Of a stretch of 64,000 nt of DNA, positions 57,201 to 63,877 are shown in pieces; within the stretch, counting starts at the first letter, position 1, and each line of letters begins with the position of its first letter. The notes beneath the pieces were generated by a model. The model worked only from the letters and a program-made list of their open reading frames with translations, did not search any database and was not told the DNA's origin. Location: the NCBI GenBank assembly GCA_964510095.1, contig CAZEAE010000002.1, positions 22,639 to 86,638 of the forward strand, in the 5' to 3' direction. The position numbers and the translations under genes were made by a program. This stretch comes from an uncultured Elusimicrobia bacterium. Its GTDB lineage: Bacteria; Elusimicrobiota; Elusimicrobia; UBA1565; UBA9628.

Positions 57201-58240
57201 GCGAGTTGGCCGCCGAACGGGCCGCTTGGCGCGCGGAGGCGGCCAAGGCCCGGGCCGCCGTCGAAGCCGAGCTCAAGGCCAAGGAGCGCCGGCTCTCTTC
57301 AGGCCTGCGCAGCGCCGAAAGCAGCGAGAGCGTGTTGGCCGCCCAGTTCCGGCAGAAGGAAGCGCTCCTCGCGATGGAAACAGCCAAGCAGGCGGCGGAG
57401 CTGGAAGCCCGCGCTTCGGCGGCCGAAGCCGCCCGGAAGAAGCTCGAGGCCGAGCTCGAGGGCGAGCGCCGGCGCTTGGCCGAGGCCATCGAGGACGCGC
57501 GCAGCCAGGAGTCCGCGCTCAAGGAGGTCCGCGCCCGCCTGCTGCGCAAGCCCGCTAAGGGCGAGAGCGGCGCCTCCAACGCGGCGGAGCTCGAGAACCT
57601 CGTCTTCGGCGTGGCGCACCAGATCCGCAACCCCTTGGGCATCATCCGCAGCCTGGCGGAGTCGCGCCGCGGGCGCATGCTCGCCAGCTCAGGAGAGCGG
57701 CAGTCCCTCGACGCCATCCTGCGCGCCATCACGAACCTTTCGGAGCGCCTGGAGGACCTCGTCGACTTCTCGCGGCCCCTGCAGCTGAGCTTCAAGAAAC
57801 AGACTCCCGCCAAGCTGCTGACGGAGCTGCGCGAGCGCGTCGCGGCGCGCTGCCAGGCGCAGCAGGTGAGCCTGAGCGCCGAGAGCCCCGAGGACCTGCC
57901 GCCCGTCAACGTCGACAAGGCGAGCCTGCTGGAAGCCCTGCTCAACGTCGCCGTCAACGCTCTGGAAGCCATGCCGCAGGGCGGGAAGCTGAGCCTATCG
58001 GCCCGGCGCGACGCCGGCCGCGGCGAGATCGTCTTCACCCTTGAGGACACCGGCCCCGGCGCCGATCCCGAGCATCTGCCCCAATTAGGGACGCCTTTCT
58101 ACACCACCAAGCCCGGAGGCGTCGGCCTGGGTTTGGCCGCCGCGCGCCGCATCCTCGCCGCCCACGGCGGGACGTTGGAATTGTCTAGTCAGAAAGGGAA
58201 AGGCTGCCGAGTCGAGTGCCGCCTTCCGGAGGCCGGTTGA
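51215..58240 (+). CDS. Giant (2341 aa) cytoplasmic coiled-coil protein fused to a C-terminal histidine-kinase transmitter (HisKA + HATPase_c)
   Basis: About 2100 residues of uninterrupted E/R/A/K/Q/L-rich heptad-like sequence with no signal peptide or TM. C-terminus has H-box ELENLVFGVAHQIRNPLGIIRSL, N-box LLNVAVNALEAM, G1 DTGPGA, G2 GGVGLGLAAARR. Begins 6 nt after the LysM stop. Stop 2 nt before the response-regulator ATG. Confidence 0.85.
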   Translation: MNDWDEEALREIGSLDAARLAIRGALATIRDLQDINSQAKAEIQDEASKRKHVEAKAAELAAQLEQWKKEAEQWAQERAERAKNEGQWRDSARAQVRAEERARIEEARVRVDEELGRLRAELESMVLLQKEKDQKWSLLKKQVEARDAELLAAQREKLDLNNRFAHDADMLERMRQQRDREIAASIRSRELELEDKQREIQALRSQGDELKQVLAASAQDQELKSKAAEEKFIRDYRAKEQALVEKYAKREAELQSSWSELENGLWARTKDAREKLDKAVHSQFEERARSLADRTKETESHLAARAKELEESFIRKCAEAEALYAQREHALQEGWRDKESKSILRFEEELAHEKALVQEQSAARGRSAEALLDEKLRELALKAEQLDAEFRHRTSLALEDHARKDAERLRAQDDFVAQKAAELDGEHRAKISELNEKDVVRQEAFNLKETAASQELNQKKLDLLEQHERAVELEKSALHEQLEQKARTLDEAFRAKVLETERAQAALEEQYRNWKASVVADYALKEKDLDKRWHTREQELLRNHAIAMETQRGDFHIESQKTRDQFEQQRKRSELDFFAREAKAKDAYERLERELKETWAAREDELHKLHEAHLEAAREQHRKELRLHAEHAANETGRVRTAGALEANALREAHQKDAAAKDRQLADKELLRQAEADAGQAAVAKIREKLAEAERMHQALTQDFWARERSWEAERQGARDQQKQLDAAREQKFFELERSLQSVWSRKEAEAAAAHQAALEKQHALFLEDLAQREEAHRLAFDEHKKLSAVDLELQKKDWMDRQSLSLIQEKERLQAENHRVHEQLQNEGRAREKELSDRRKALEAHHHFETEQQTKEWNKREAHLRQQQAVDLAKARAELDISLRERETSLNERYLALEKELHANWASKQQAADEQGKARLAQDLHALEERAAQRLKQLESEFLLRKDAELSSQRNEVEIELQRRLSEVEAKKGELEHEFLERQKRADHAYLEREKGLDHEWKEREAQLMARIEDERQEYRAKLQMEIDRVRSEAAARLRQKELALETEKSAAMAKVQAQLDEQRAVLEHESAQWLAAHKKTMDSERETLQAQTRREFASVAATLKQKEDELGKRREALDEHIRRREAELVSQARSKEKEFVEQQQALSAKDRAALDALYRDRESSLQKSYVALEAELKGSWAQKDAQLKAEGEQRMTHHFKLLDEQFREKEARLGEETRRKNEALLEGELKSLRADWTKRRDALEADKAQREAELRQRERSAEEARAAQAAALQAESAAALEAERRALEAERQELAIAAAKRAAELDRAKADMDRELARQRLAQEQQSHKSELERAAAFEREKAELARLLESRKAELDAAREALDASYQDKHAVLDSEMVRLAEQTQKARLAFEAQAHQRELERAAALEKEKAGLETAKHALEAAGRVKQSALEAERKRLAEEAQKTRLAFEQQARQKEVERAAAFEAAQAELKAAKESVEAERIRLAEEAERGRRAAEQSAHDGEKAHRARLEEERAAMAREFEEKRRQLEADLRARAQLVAREENRLESEVAVKLEELDAAKAALAVSFRAKERELNSTAEAAQRKTEQRLQADRLNLESERTAFKESVANGKAELERAQESWEADHREKTAAWQKEQQQRLKEAQAVLEAERLALKAKAAALDEVKRGELDAARAELEAALETERQRLGRERAEAQAEALKLRAEIEKAKRSAEKQDAERLRRAAAAEVASAEAKAKELAQAKASLDKDFDDRVAQAQAAADEEHRALEAERASWRQESAKARASAEAEFKSRERRLADDLRRAQAAEAALATQAAENAGRLEREFSDRTAELEARTSAAEAARRKLEHELEAEKRRLGDALEDARAQTEALIEVRARLLRKPAKGEAASAIIEAELENLRESQAALEAEREKLEKQRAETQAEAARLRAEAEKDKRNSERQAAERQRQALAAESAAAEERVKELEEARQALEKDFEERSAEAQEAVEAQRRELAAERAAWRAEAAKARAAVEAELKAKERRLSSGLRSAESSESVLAAQFRQKEALLAMETAKQAAELEARASAAEAARKKLEAELEGERRRLAEAIEDARSQESALKEVRARLLRKPAKGESGASNAAELENLVFGVAHQIRNPLGIIRSLAESRRGRMLASSGERQSLDAILRAITNLSERLEDLVDFSRPLQLSFKKQTPAKLLTELRERVAARCQAQQVSLSAESPEDLPPVNVDKASLLEALLNVAVNALEAMPQGGKLSLSARRDAGRGEIVFTLEDTGPGADPEHLPQLGTPFYTTKPGGVGLGLAAARRILAAHGGTLELSSQKGKGCRVECRLPEAG
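56271..57578 (+). repeat. Diverged internal tandem duplication (about 650 bp x 2) within the coiled-coil kinase gene
   Basis: Two about 215-aa segments share collinear similarity (...LDKDFDDRVAQAQAA...ARLLRKPAKGEAAS vs ...LEKDFEERSAEAQEA...ARLLRKPAKGESGAS). The second copy ends exactly where the HisKA dimerisation region begins. Confidence 0.6.
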
Positions 58241-58242
58241 TC

Positions 58243-59436
58243 ATGGCTAAGGTATTGGTCGTAGACGACGAAGCGGACATGCGGCTGGCCTTGCGCACCG
58301 TGCTCGAGCAAGGAGGTCACTCCGTGGAAGAGGCGGGCGACGGCCCCGCCGCGCTGGAGCGCGTGGCGCGGGGGGGGCTCGACTTGGTCCTGCTCGACAT
58401 CCGCCTGCCCGGCATGGACGGCCGGCAGATCCTGCGGCGGATCCGGGAGCAGACCGCGGATCTGCCCGTCATCATGGTCAGCGGCTACGGCAGCGTGGAC
58501 TCCGCCGTCGAGGTCCTGCAGCTGGGCGCCAGCCACTATCTGGCCAAACCCTTCAGCAACAAGGAGCTCAGCGACACCATCGCCCGCGTCCTGGACCCCC
58601 AGCTGGCGCAGGAAGGAGCGCTGCGCCGCCGGCTTTCCCAGAAAGTCAGCGCGCTGGGCGCGGAAAGCCCGCCGCGGGCGGCGCAGGCGAGCTCCTTGCC
58701 CGTCTCGGCCCTGGCTATGGGCTTGGCGGCGGTCGTCCTGCTCGGCGGCCTCCGGTGGGCCTGGCGCTCGGAGAGCGGCGGCAGCACGACGATACCTTAC
58801 CTGCATCCGACGGCGATCTGCTGGGTCGGGGATACCCTCTGGAGCGCGGATTGGTTCACGCAGACGATCTACGAACAAAGGCTCAAGGGCTCGAAGCTCG
58901 AGCTGGTGCGCTCGGTGCGGCTCCCAGAGACGCACGTCACCGGGCTGACCGTGGTCGGAGACCGCCTTTACCTGACCGACTCATGGAAGAAAGTCGTCGA
59001 AAAGCGGCGGATCGACGCGACCCTCTCCCTGGTGGAATCCTCGCCCAGCCCCGGCTCCAAGCCCTCGGGCCTCTTCTGGGACGGCCGCTACCTCTGGTCG
59101 AGCGATTCGGCCACCGGGCGCTTCTATCAGCACGACGTCGATGGAAGCCTGAGCGTGCTGGCCTCCTACAAGAGCCCGGGGAAGACTCCGGCCGGCATGT
59201 ACAAGGACGCCCAGTACTTCTGGTCGGCCGACGCCGACACCCGCATGCTCTACCAGCACAGGCTCGACAACGAGCTGCGGGTCGTGGCGCGCTACAGCCT
59301 GCCGGCGCTCGACGAGGGCACGCAAGCCCTATCCTGCTTCACCTTCAAGGATGGACTGTTGTGGCTGGGCCGCGACGGCCGCGCCAAACTGCTCCGCTCG
59401 GAACTCAAGGCCTTCCGGAAGCTCTCGGCGTCCTAG
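58243..59436 (+). CDS. Response regulator with N-terminal REC domain, one TM segment and a C-terminal W/Y-rich beta-propeller-like repeat domain
   Basis: REC motifs (VLVVDDEADMRLAL, D54 in LVLLDIRLPGMDG, PVIMVSGYG, K in LAKPF). Hydrophobic segment LAMGLAAVVLLGGL. Five or more repeats of type YLWSSDSATGRFYQHD / YFWSADADTRMLYQHR. Confidence 0.8.
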   Translation: MAKVLVVDDEADMRLALRTVLEQGGHSVEEAGDGPAALERVARGGLDLVLLDIRLPGMDGRQILRRIREQTADLPVIMVSGYGSVDSAVEVLQLGASHYLAKPFSNKELSDTIARVLDPQLAQEGALRRRLSQKVSALGAESPPRAAQASSLPVSALAMGLAAVVLLGGLRWAWRSESGGSTTIPYLHPTAICWVGDTLWSADWFTQTIYEQRLKGSKLELVRSVRLPETHVTGLTVVGDRLYLTDSWKKVVEKRRIDATLSLVESSPSPGSKPSGLFWDGRYLWSSDSATGRFYQHDVDGSLSVLASYKSPGKTPAGMYKDAQYFWSADADTRMLYQHRLDNELRVVARYSLPALDEGTQALSCFTFKDGLLWLGRDGRAKLLRSELKAFRKLSAS

Positions 59437-59549
59437 GGAAGCCCCGTCGAGGAATGGCCTTGACAGGACGGGGCAATCCTGTTATAAATGAGTGTTCATC
59501 TAACCTCTGGGTTATAGAACGCCGAGACATCAGTGGGGGGGTAAATACT

Positions 59550-59822
59550 ATGAGCGAAGATAGAGGTAGCGCCGGGGTCCTGTTTTTCCTTGTCGGAGCC
59601 GCCGTCGGAGCCGGGCTGGGCGTCTTGTTCGCGCCGAAGGCCGGGAAAGAGACCCGCGAGCAGATCGGCGACTGGCTGAAGGAGCGCCGGGAAGCCGGTT
59701 CGGACCTGCTGGAGAAGATCAAGGAAGAGGGCTCCAGCAAGAAGGAGGCGATCACCGCCGCCATCAAGGCCGGAAAGCAGGCCTATAACGAGTCCAAGCA
59801 CCACGAATCGGTCAACTCCTAA
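59550..59822 (+). CDS. YtxH-like small membrane-associated protein
   Basis: 90 aa: N-terminal hydrophobic GVLFFLVGAAVGAGLGVLFAPKAGKETREQI followed by a charged helix. GGGGG SD. The track's 355-aa ORF is a spurious 5' extension. Confidence 0.7.
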   Translation: MSEDRGSAGVLFFLVGAAVGAGLGVLFAPKAGKETREQIGDWLKERREAGSDLLEKIKEEGSSKKEAITAAIKAGKQAYNESKHHESVNS

Positions 59823-59838
59823 GACCCGTTCGTCCGAT

Positions 59839-59872
59839 GAAGGCCCCCCGAAAGGGGGGCCTTCTTTTTTTC
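59839..59872 (+). terminator. Strong rho-independent terminator
   Basis: GAAGGCCCCCC-GAAA-GGGGGGCCTTC perfect 11-bp GC stem followed by T8. Confidence 0.85.
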
Positions 59873-59911
59873 TGATTTTAAGAGTTGACAAGCCTCGCCG
59901 CTCCTGTTAGC

Positions 59912-60340
59912 ATGGAGAGCAGAACCATGGCCAGTCCGCCGACCACTTCGTCGCGCCCGCAGGATAAGATGATCTTCGTCATCGATGACGATGCCACGGT
60001 CCGCGACCTGCTCGAGCTCCTGATCGAAGGCGAGGGCTTCCGCTGCGAGACCGCCGCGGACGGCGAGGAGGGGCTGCAGAAGATCGGCAAGCTTCGGCCC
60101 GACCTGATCCTTCTGGACCTCATGCTGCCGCGCTACGGAGGCATCGAGATCCTTCGTCAGCTGCAGACCGGAGACACCGCCTCCATCCCGATCGTGGTCG
60201 TGACCGGACGCTACGCCGACGCCACGACCTCGGAAATGATCCGCCAGGAACCCAACGTCGTCGATTTCATCGAGAAACCGATCAACACCAAGCCCTTCGG
60301 GCTGCTGCTCCACAAGATCCTCCAGACCAAGCCGATCTAA
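59912..60340 (+). CDS. Single-domain response regulator (CheY-like REC only)
   Basis: REC motifs (IFVIDDDATVRDLL, DLILLDLMLPRYGG, IPIVVVTGR, EKPI). ATG at 59912 chosen (in-frame TTG 59885 and ATG 59927 are alternatives). TTGACA -35-like hexamer at 59885. Confidence 0.85.
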   Translation: MESRTMASPPTTSSRPQDKMIFVIDDDATVRDLLELLIEGEGFRCETAADGEEGLQKIGKLRPDLILLDLMLPRYGGIEILRQLQTGDTASIPIVVVTGRYADATTSEMIRQEPNVVDFIEKPINTKPFGLLLHKILQTKPI

Positions 60341-60954
60341 GGACGGCGCTTGGCCTTGAGCAGCGGCGGCAGCGAGGCTCCCGCGGAGATCGCCGCCTGG
60401 ATCCCCTCCTGCAAGGTCAGCGGCGTCGCCAGGACCGCCTCCTTGGGGACCAGGATGTAGTCGCCGATGTACATGTGGTTCGTCGGGATGTAAACGCAGA
60501 CCATGGCCGAGACGACCTCCCCATCGGCCAGGCTCACCTCGTTGGTCAGAAAACCCACGGAATAGACGCCGGGCCGGGGGAATTCCACGAGGACGACGCT
60601 CTTGAACGAATTCTTCCCGTTCGGCGAGAAGAGCTCCGCCACCTGCTTGATCGTCTTGTACAGCCAGTTGAAGATCGGGATGCGAAGGAGCAGCTCCTCG
60701 AAAAGGTCGAGGAGATGCTGGCCGACGATGTTGCTGGCCAGCGCGCCGGTGCCCAGGATGACCGCCACCGCCGTGATCAGCCCCAGGCCGGGGATGCGTT
60801 GACCCGAGACCTGCGTGAGCGGCATCACCAGGCCCTCGATGAAGGCCACGAGCCAGGCCAGCAGCATGAAGGTCAGGCCGAAGGGGGCTAGGACGAAGAG
60901 GCCGGTCAGAAACAGCCGCTGCAGCCGCCGCAGCGTCAGCAGCACGCTCTTCAC
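60337..60954 (-). CDS. DUF502-family membrane protein
   Basis: 205 aa. Two N-terminal TM helices and conserved ...PIFNWLYKTIKQV...VVLVEFPRPGVYSVGFLT... pattern of DUF502. Confidence 0.8.
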   Translation of the reverse strand: MKSVLLTLRRLQRLFLTGLFVLAPFGLTFMLLAWLVAFIEGLVMPLTQVSGQRIPGLGLITAVAVILGTGALASNIVGQHLLDLFEELLLRIPIFNWLYKTIKQVAELFSPNGKNSFKSVVLVEFPRPGVYSVGFLTNEVSLADGEVVSAMVCVYIPTNHMYIGDYILVPKEAVLATPLTLQEGIQAAISAGASLPPLLKAKRRP

Positions 60955-61772
60955 TTGGGACGCGCCCGGCGCACGATGCCGGCCTTCTCGATCATCTTGA
61001 GCGCGCCCTTGCCCAGGCTTTCACCGCCGTCGATGACGACGACCTCTCCGGTGATGTAGGCGCCCATCGGAGAAGCGAGGTAGAGGACCATGTTCGAGAC
61101 GTCCTTCTCGGAGCCGAACCGTTTGGAGGGCACGCTGTCGAGCAGCATCTCGCGCATCCACTCCTCGGGCCACAGGCGCTCGCGCGTCTGCGGGGTGTCG
61201 ATGAAGCCGGGGCATATGGCGTTGACGCAGACCCCGCGGGAGGCCCATTCCACGCCGAGGGTGCGCGTCATCGCCACGACCCCGGCTTTCGCGCTCGCCG
61301 AAGGAGCCAGGCCCGGCCCCCCGGTCCAGGCGTAGGCCGCCACCATGCTGATGATGCGCCCCTCCTTCTGCTCGAGCATGCGCCGGCCCGCCTCCAGCGC
61401 GCAGAAGAAGGAGCCGTGCAGGACGATGTCGATGACCTTCTTCCAGCGCACGGCGGTCAACGTCTCGCTGGGCCGGATGAAGTTGGCGGCGGCGTTGTTC
61501 ACCAGGATGTCGACGCGCCCGAACTCGCCGTCGACGCGATCGAAGAGGGCGCCGACCTGCTTGAAGTCGCTGATGTCGGTGGCGACCGCGATGGCGCGCG
61601 CGCCCTTGGCGCTGAGCTCCTTGGCCAAGGATTCGATGCGGTCGAGCTGCCGGGCCGCCAGCACGACGCTGGCGCCATGCGCCGATAATTCCTCAGCCAC
61701 GACCCGGCCGATGCCCGTGCCTCCTCCCGTCACCACGGCCACCTTGTCCTTCAAGAGACCTTTATCGAACAT
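60951..61772 (-). CDS. SDR-family oxidoreductase (short-chain dehydrogenase/reductase)
   Basis: Start MFDKGLLKDKVAVVTGGGTGIGR (TGxxxGxG), catalytic YxxxK, NNAA motif. The upstream 39 codons of the track ORF have no support. Confidence 0.85.
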   Translation of the reverse strand: MFDKGLLKDKVAVVTGGGTGIGRVVAEELSAHGASVVLAARQLDRIESLAKELSAKGARAIAVATDISDFKQVGALFDRVDGEFGRVDILVNNAAANFIRPSETLTAVRWKKVIDIVLHGSFFCALEAGRRMLEQKEGRIISMVAAYAWTGGPGLAPSASAKAGVVAMTRTLGVEWASRGVCVNAICPGFIDTPQTRERLWPEEWMREMLLDSVPSKRFGSEKDVSNMVLYLASPMGAYITGEVVVIDGGESLGKGALKMIEKAGIVRRARPK

Positions 61773-61773
61773 G

Positions 61774-62541
61774 CTAATCCTCCCAGCGTGGGCGCCGCTT
61801 GTCGCGCATGGCGCTGATGCCTTCCAAGGCTTCGGGGGTGGCGAAGAGGCGGTCGAACTCGGCTCGGCTGCGAAGCCAGCGGGCTTCATCCTCGGCGGCG
61901 CTCAGGCCGGAGAGGGCCCCCTTGATCGAGGCGTAGGCCGGCGGCGCCAGCTTGGCGAGCTGGCGCGCTTCCTTTTCGGCCTCGGCCCGCAGGTCAGCGG
62001 CCGGCACGACCTGATCGACGAAGCCGCCGGCAAGAGCCTCGGCCGCCCGCAGCGTCCGCCCGCGCAGCACCATCTCCTTGACCAGGCCGGGGTGCGTCGA
62101 GATCTCGCGCATCCGGCCGATCAAGGCCTCCGTGGGCGATAGTCCGAAGCGGACCTCCGACAGCGCGATGCGGCCATCATCGGAGATCAGCCGGAAGTCG
62201 CATCCCAGGGCCACGATCCAGCCCCCCAAGATCGCGCTGCCGCCGATGGCCGCCAGGGTGGGCTTGTCCAACGCCCGCAATTGGCGGTAGGCTCCCAGCA
62301 AGGTCATGAAAGGCTCGGCGCGCCGGTCCTCCGGCAGGGTCATCATCTCCGCCAGGTCGAGGCCCGTGGAGAAGTAGCGCGGGATGGAGGATGCCAACAC
62401 CAGGCAGCGCGTCTGAGGGTCGGCGCCGGCAGCCGAGATCTCCTGCCCGAGGCGTTGGAGCAGCGCCAGGTTGAGCACGTTGGCGGGAGGACTGTCCAAA
62501 GACACTATCCTCACCTTGGACTGCTGCGTCACCGAGATCAT
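61774..62541 (-). CDS. Enoyl-CoA hydratase/isomerase (crotonase) family protein
   Basis: 255 aa. Crotonase fold motifs (...AAIGGSAILGGWIVALGCDFRL..., oxyanion hole region). Confidence 0.9.
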   Translation of the reverse strand: MISVTQQSKVRIVSLDSPPANVLNLALLQRLGQEISAAGADPQTRCLVLASSIPRYFSTGLDLAEMMTLPEDRRAEPFMTLLGAYRQLRALDKPTLAAIGGSAILGGWIVALGCDFRLISDDGRIALSEVRFGLSPTEALIGRMREISTHPGLVKEMVLRGRTLRAAEALAGGFVDQVVPAADLRAEAEKEARQLAKLAPPAYASIKGALSGLSAAEDEARWLRSRAEFDRLFATPEALEGISAMRDKRRPRWED

Positions 62542-63425
62542 GGCTTCTCCTGGACCCGAAAGGACTTCATAAAACGGCGGTACACCGGCTCATAAGAATC
62601 GTAGAGCTCCGCGGGAGCGCTGAAGTTCAGCGTATAGTACCGATCGCCGCCGCTGGCCAAATAGGCCGTTTTGCTCTCCCCGGGCACCTGGAGGAAGCGG
62701 CCCGTCATGCCGCCGGCGGAAGCCTCCCCGCCGTCTTGGGCTCCCTGCCACTCTTTCTCCTTGATCATGGCGAAGCGCATCTCCTGGTATCCCGGCTGGC
62801 CCTTCTCCAGCCGGGTGACGACCAGCGTCACCTGTTTGCCTCCGCCGCGGCCTGGATCGAAAGCGACATAGATGGTCGGCGGCTCGTCGCGCCAGCCGTC
62901 GGTAAGATGCCAGCTCTTGGGATAATCGAAGGAGACCTCGCCTGGGACCGTGTAGCGGCGGAAGGTCCCGGAGGCCACGGCCGCTTTTCTCGGCTTGACG
63001 TCGACGCAGCGCGTGGGCTCAAGGGGGTCGTCGCTCCGGACCTTCTTTTGTCCGGGGGGACAGGCCCCGGCCTTGACGGGCTGCAGGGTCGACTTCTCGG
63101 GCGTCAAATACGGGCTGAACCCCGTACCTTCCAGCGCGGGCTTGAGATCCGGCTCGGAAGGAGCTTCCTGGCTCATCACGCAGCGATAAGGCTGCATCTT
63201 GTCGGGGGTCAAGACCGGCCGAGAGCCGCGCGGGCACTTTGGTCGCACCGCGAAGCCCTTGGGGCCCACGATCCCCTTGAGGCCCGTTTCTTTTTTCCCA
63301 GCCTCGACGCATTTGAAGGGCTCGTAGGGGTTCTCGGTCTGGACCCGGACCTGGCCCTCGGGGCAGTCGGGCTGGGCCGCCGCCGGCAGGGCGAGCCCCA
63401 AGATCAGCCCCGGCCAAAGGCTCAT
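62538..63425 (-). CDS. Hypothetical secreted protein with three N-terminal Cys-pair modules (CP.GQ...P.EP..CV)
   Basis: Signal peptide. Repeats CPEGQVRVQTENPYEPFKCV / CPRGSRPVLTPDKMQPYRCV / CPPGQKKVRSDDPLEPTRCV. C-terminal globular part. No family recognised. Confidence 0.55.
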   Translation of the reverse strand: MSLWPGLILGLALPAAAQPDCPEGQVRVQTENPYEPFKCVEAGKKETGLKGIVGPKGFAVRPKCPRGSRPVLTPDKMQPYRCVMSQEAPSEPDLKPALEGTGFSPYLTPEKSTLQPVKAGACPPGQKKVRSDDPLEPTRCVDVKPRKAAVASGTFRRYTVPGEVSFDYPKSWHLTDGWRDEPPTIYVAFDPGRGGGKQVTLVVTRLEKGQPGYQEMRFAMIKEKEWQGAQDGGEASAGGMTGRFLQVPGESKTAYLASGGDRYYTLNFSAPAELYDSYEPVYRRFMKSFRVQEKP

Positions 63426-63877
63426 TTGATCCCCAGGCGACCTCTCGCCATCGCCTTAAGATGCTCGGCAAGCTCGGCGTTGTTGGTCAGGATGTAGTGC
63501 AGGTCGACAAAAGCAAGCATGAAGACCAAGACCCTCCCCATCGCCACGGCCGTGGCGCCGCGCACTCCGTCTCGCAGCAGCGCGATCTCGCCTAGCAGGT
63601 CGCCTGGGCCCAGCGTCGCCAAGGTCGTCGAAGCGTTGCCCAGGCTCTTGCGTATCTCCACATGGCCGGAATAGAGGATGAAAAGGTCGCGGCCGGCGTC
63701 GCCCTGCTCTATGATGTGGAAATCGTTGGCCACGATGAAGAGGCCGCTATGGGGGAAAAGCTTGGTCGCATGCTCCCCCAAGAACTCGGGGAAGAAGCCG
63801 TCGAGCTTCAATGCCTGGGACAGGAAAGCCGCGCCGGCGTCGTCGATGGGCAGCCTCTCAGGGGCGACGCCGCTCAT
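63422..63877 (-). CDS. Cyclic-nucleotide-binding domain protein
   Basis: 151 aa. cNMP-binding beta-roll motifs (GDAGRDLFILYSGHVEI..., GPGDLLGEIALL..., RGATAVA). Confidence 0.8.
   Translation of the reverse strand: MSGVAPERLPIDDAGAAFLSQALKLDGFFPEFLGEHATKLFPHSGLFIVANDFHIIEQGDAGRDLFILYSGHVEIRKSLGNASTTLATLGPGDLLGEIALLRDGVRGATAVAMGRVLVFMLAFVDLHYILTNNAELAEHLKAMARGRLGIK

Noticed and set aside
51369-57788. Multiple long alternate-frame ORFs inside the coiled-coil kinase gene (e.g. 51369-52358, 53326-54426, 56235-57788, and minus-strand 52604-53806, 54155-56773)
   Set aside because: GAG/GCC/CGC-rich codon repetition leaves several frames open. Their translations are Ser/Arg/Ala/Pro low-complexity. 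Only the frame yielding heptad coiled coil plus the HK motifs is coherent.
58755-59822. 355-aa plus-strand ORF
   Set aside because: Only the last 90 aa (from ATG 59550 with a GGGGG SD) form the YtxH protein. The upstream part overlaps the response-regulator gene out of frame.
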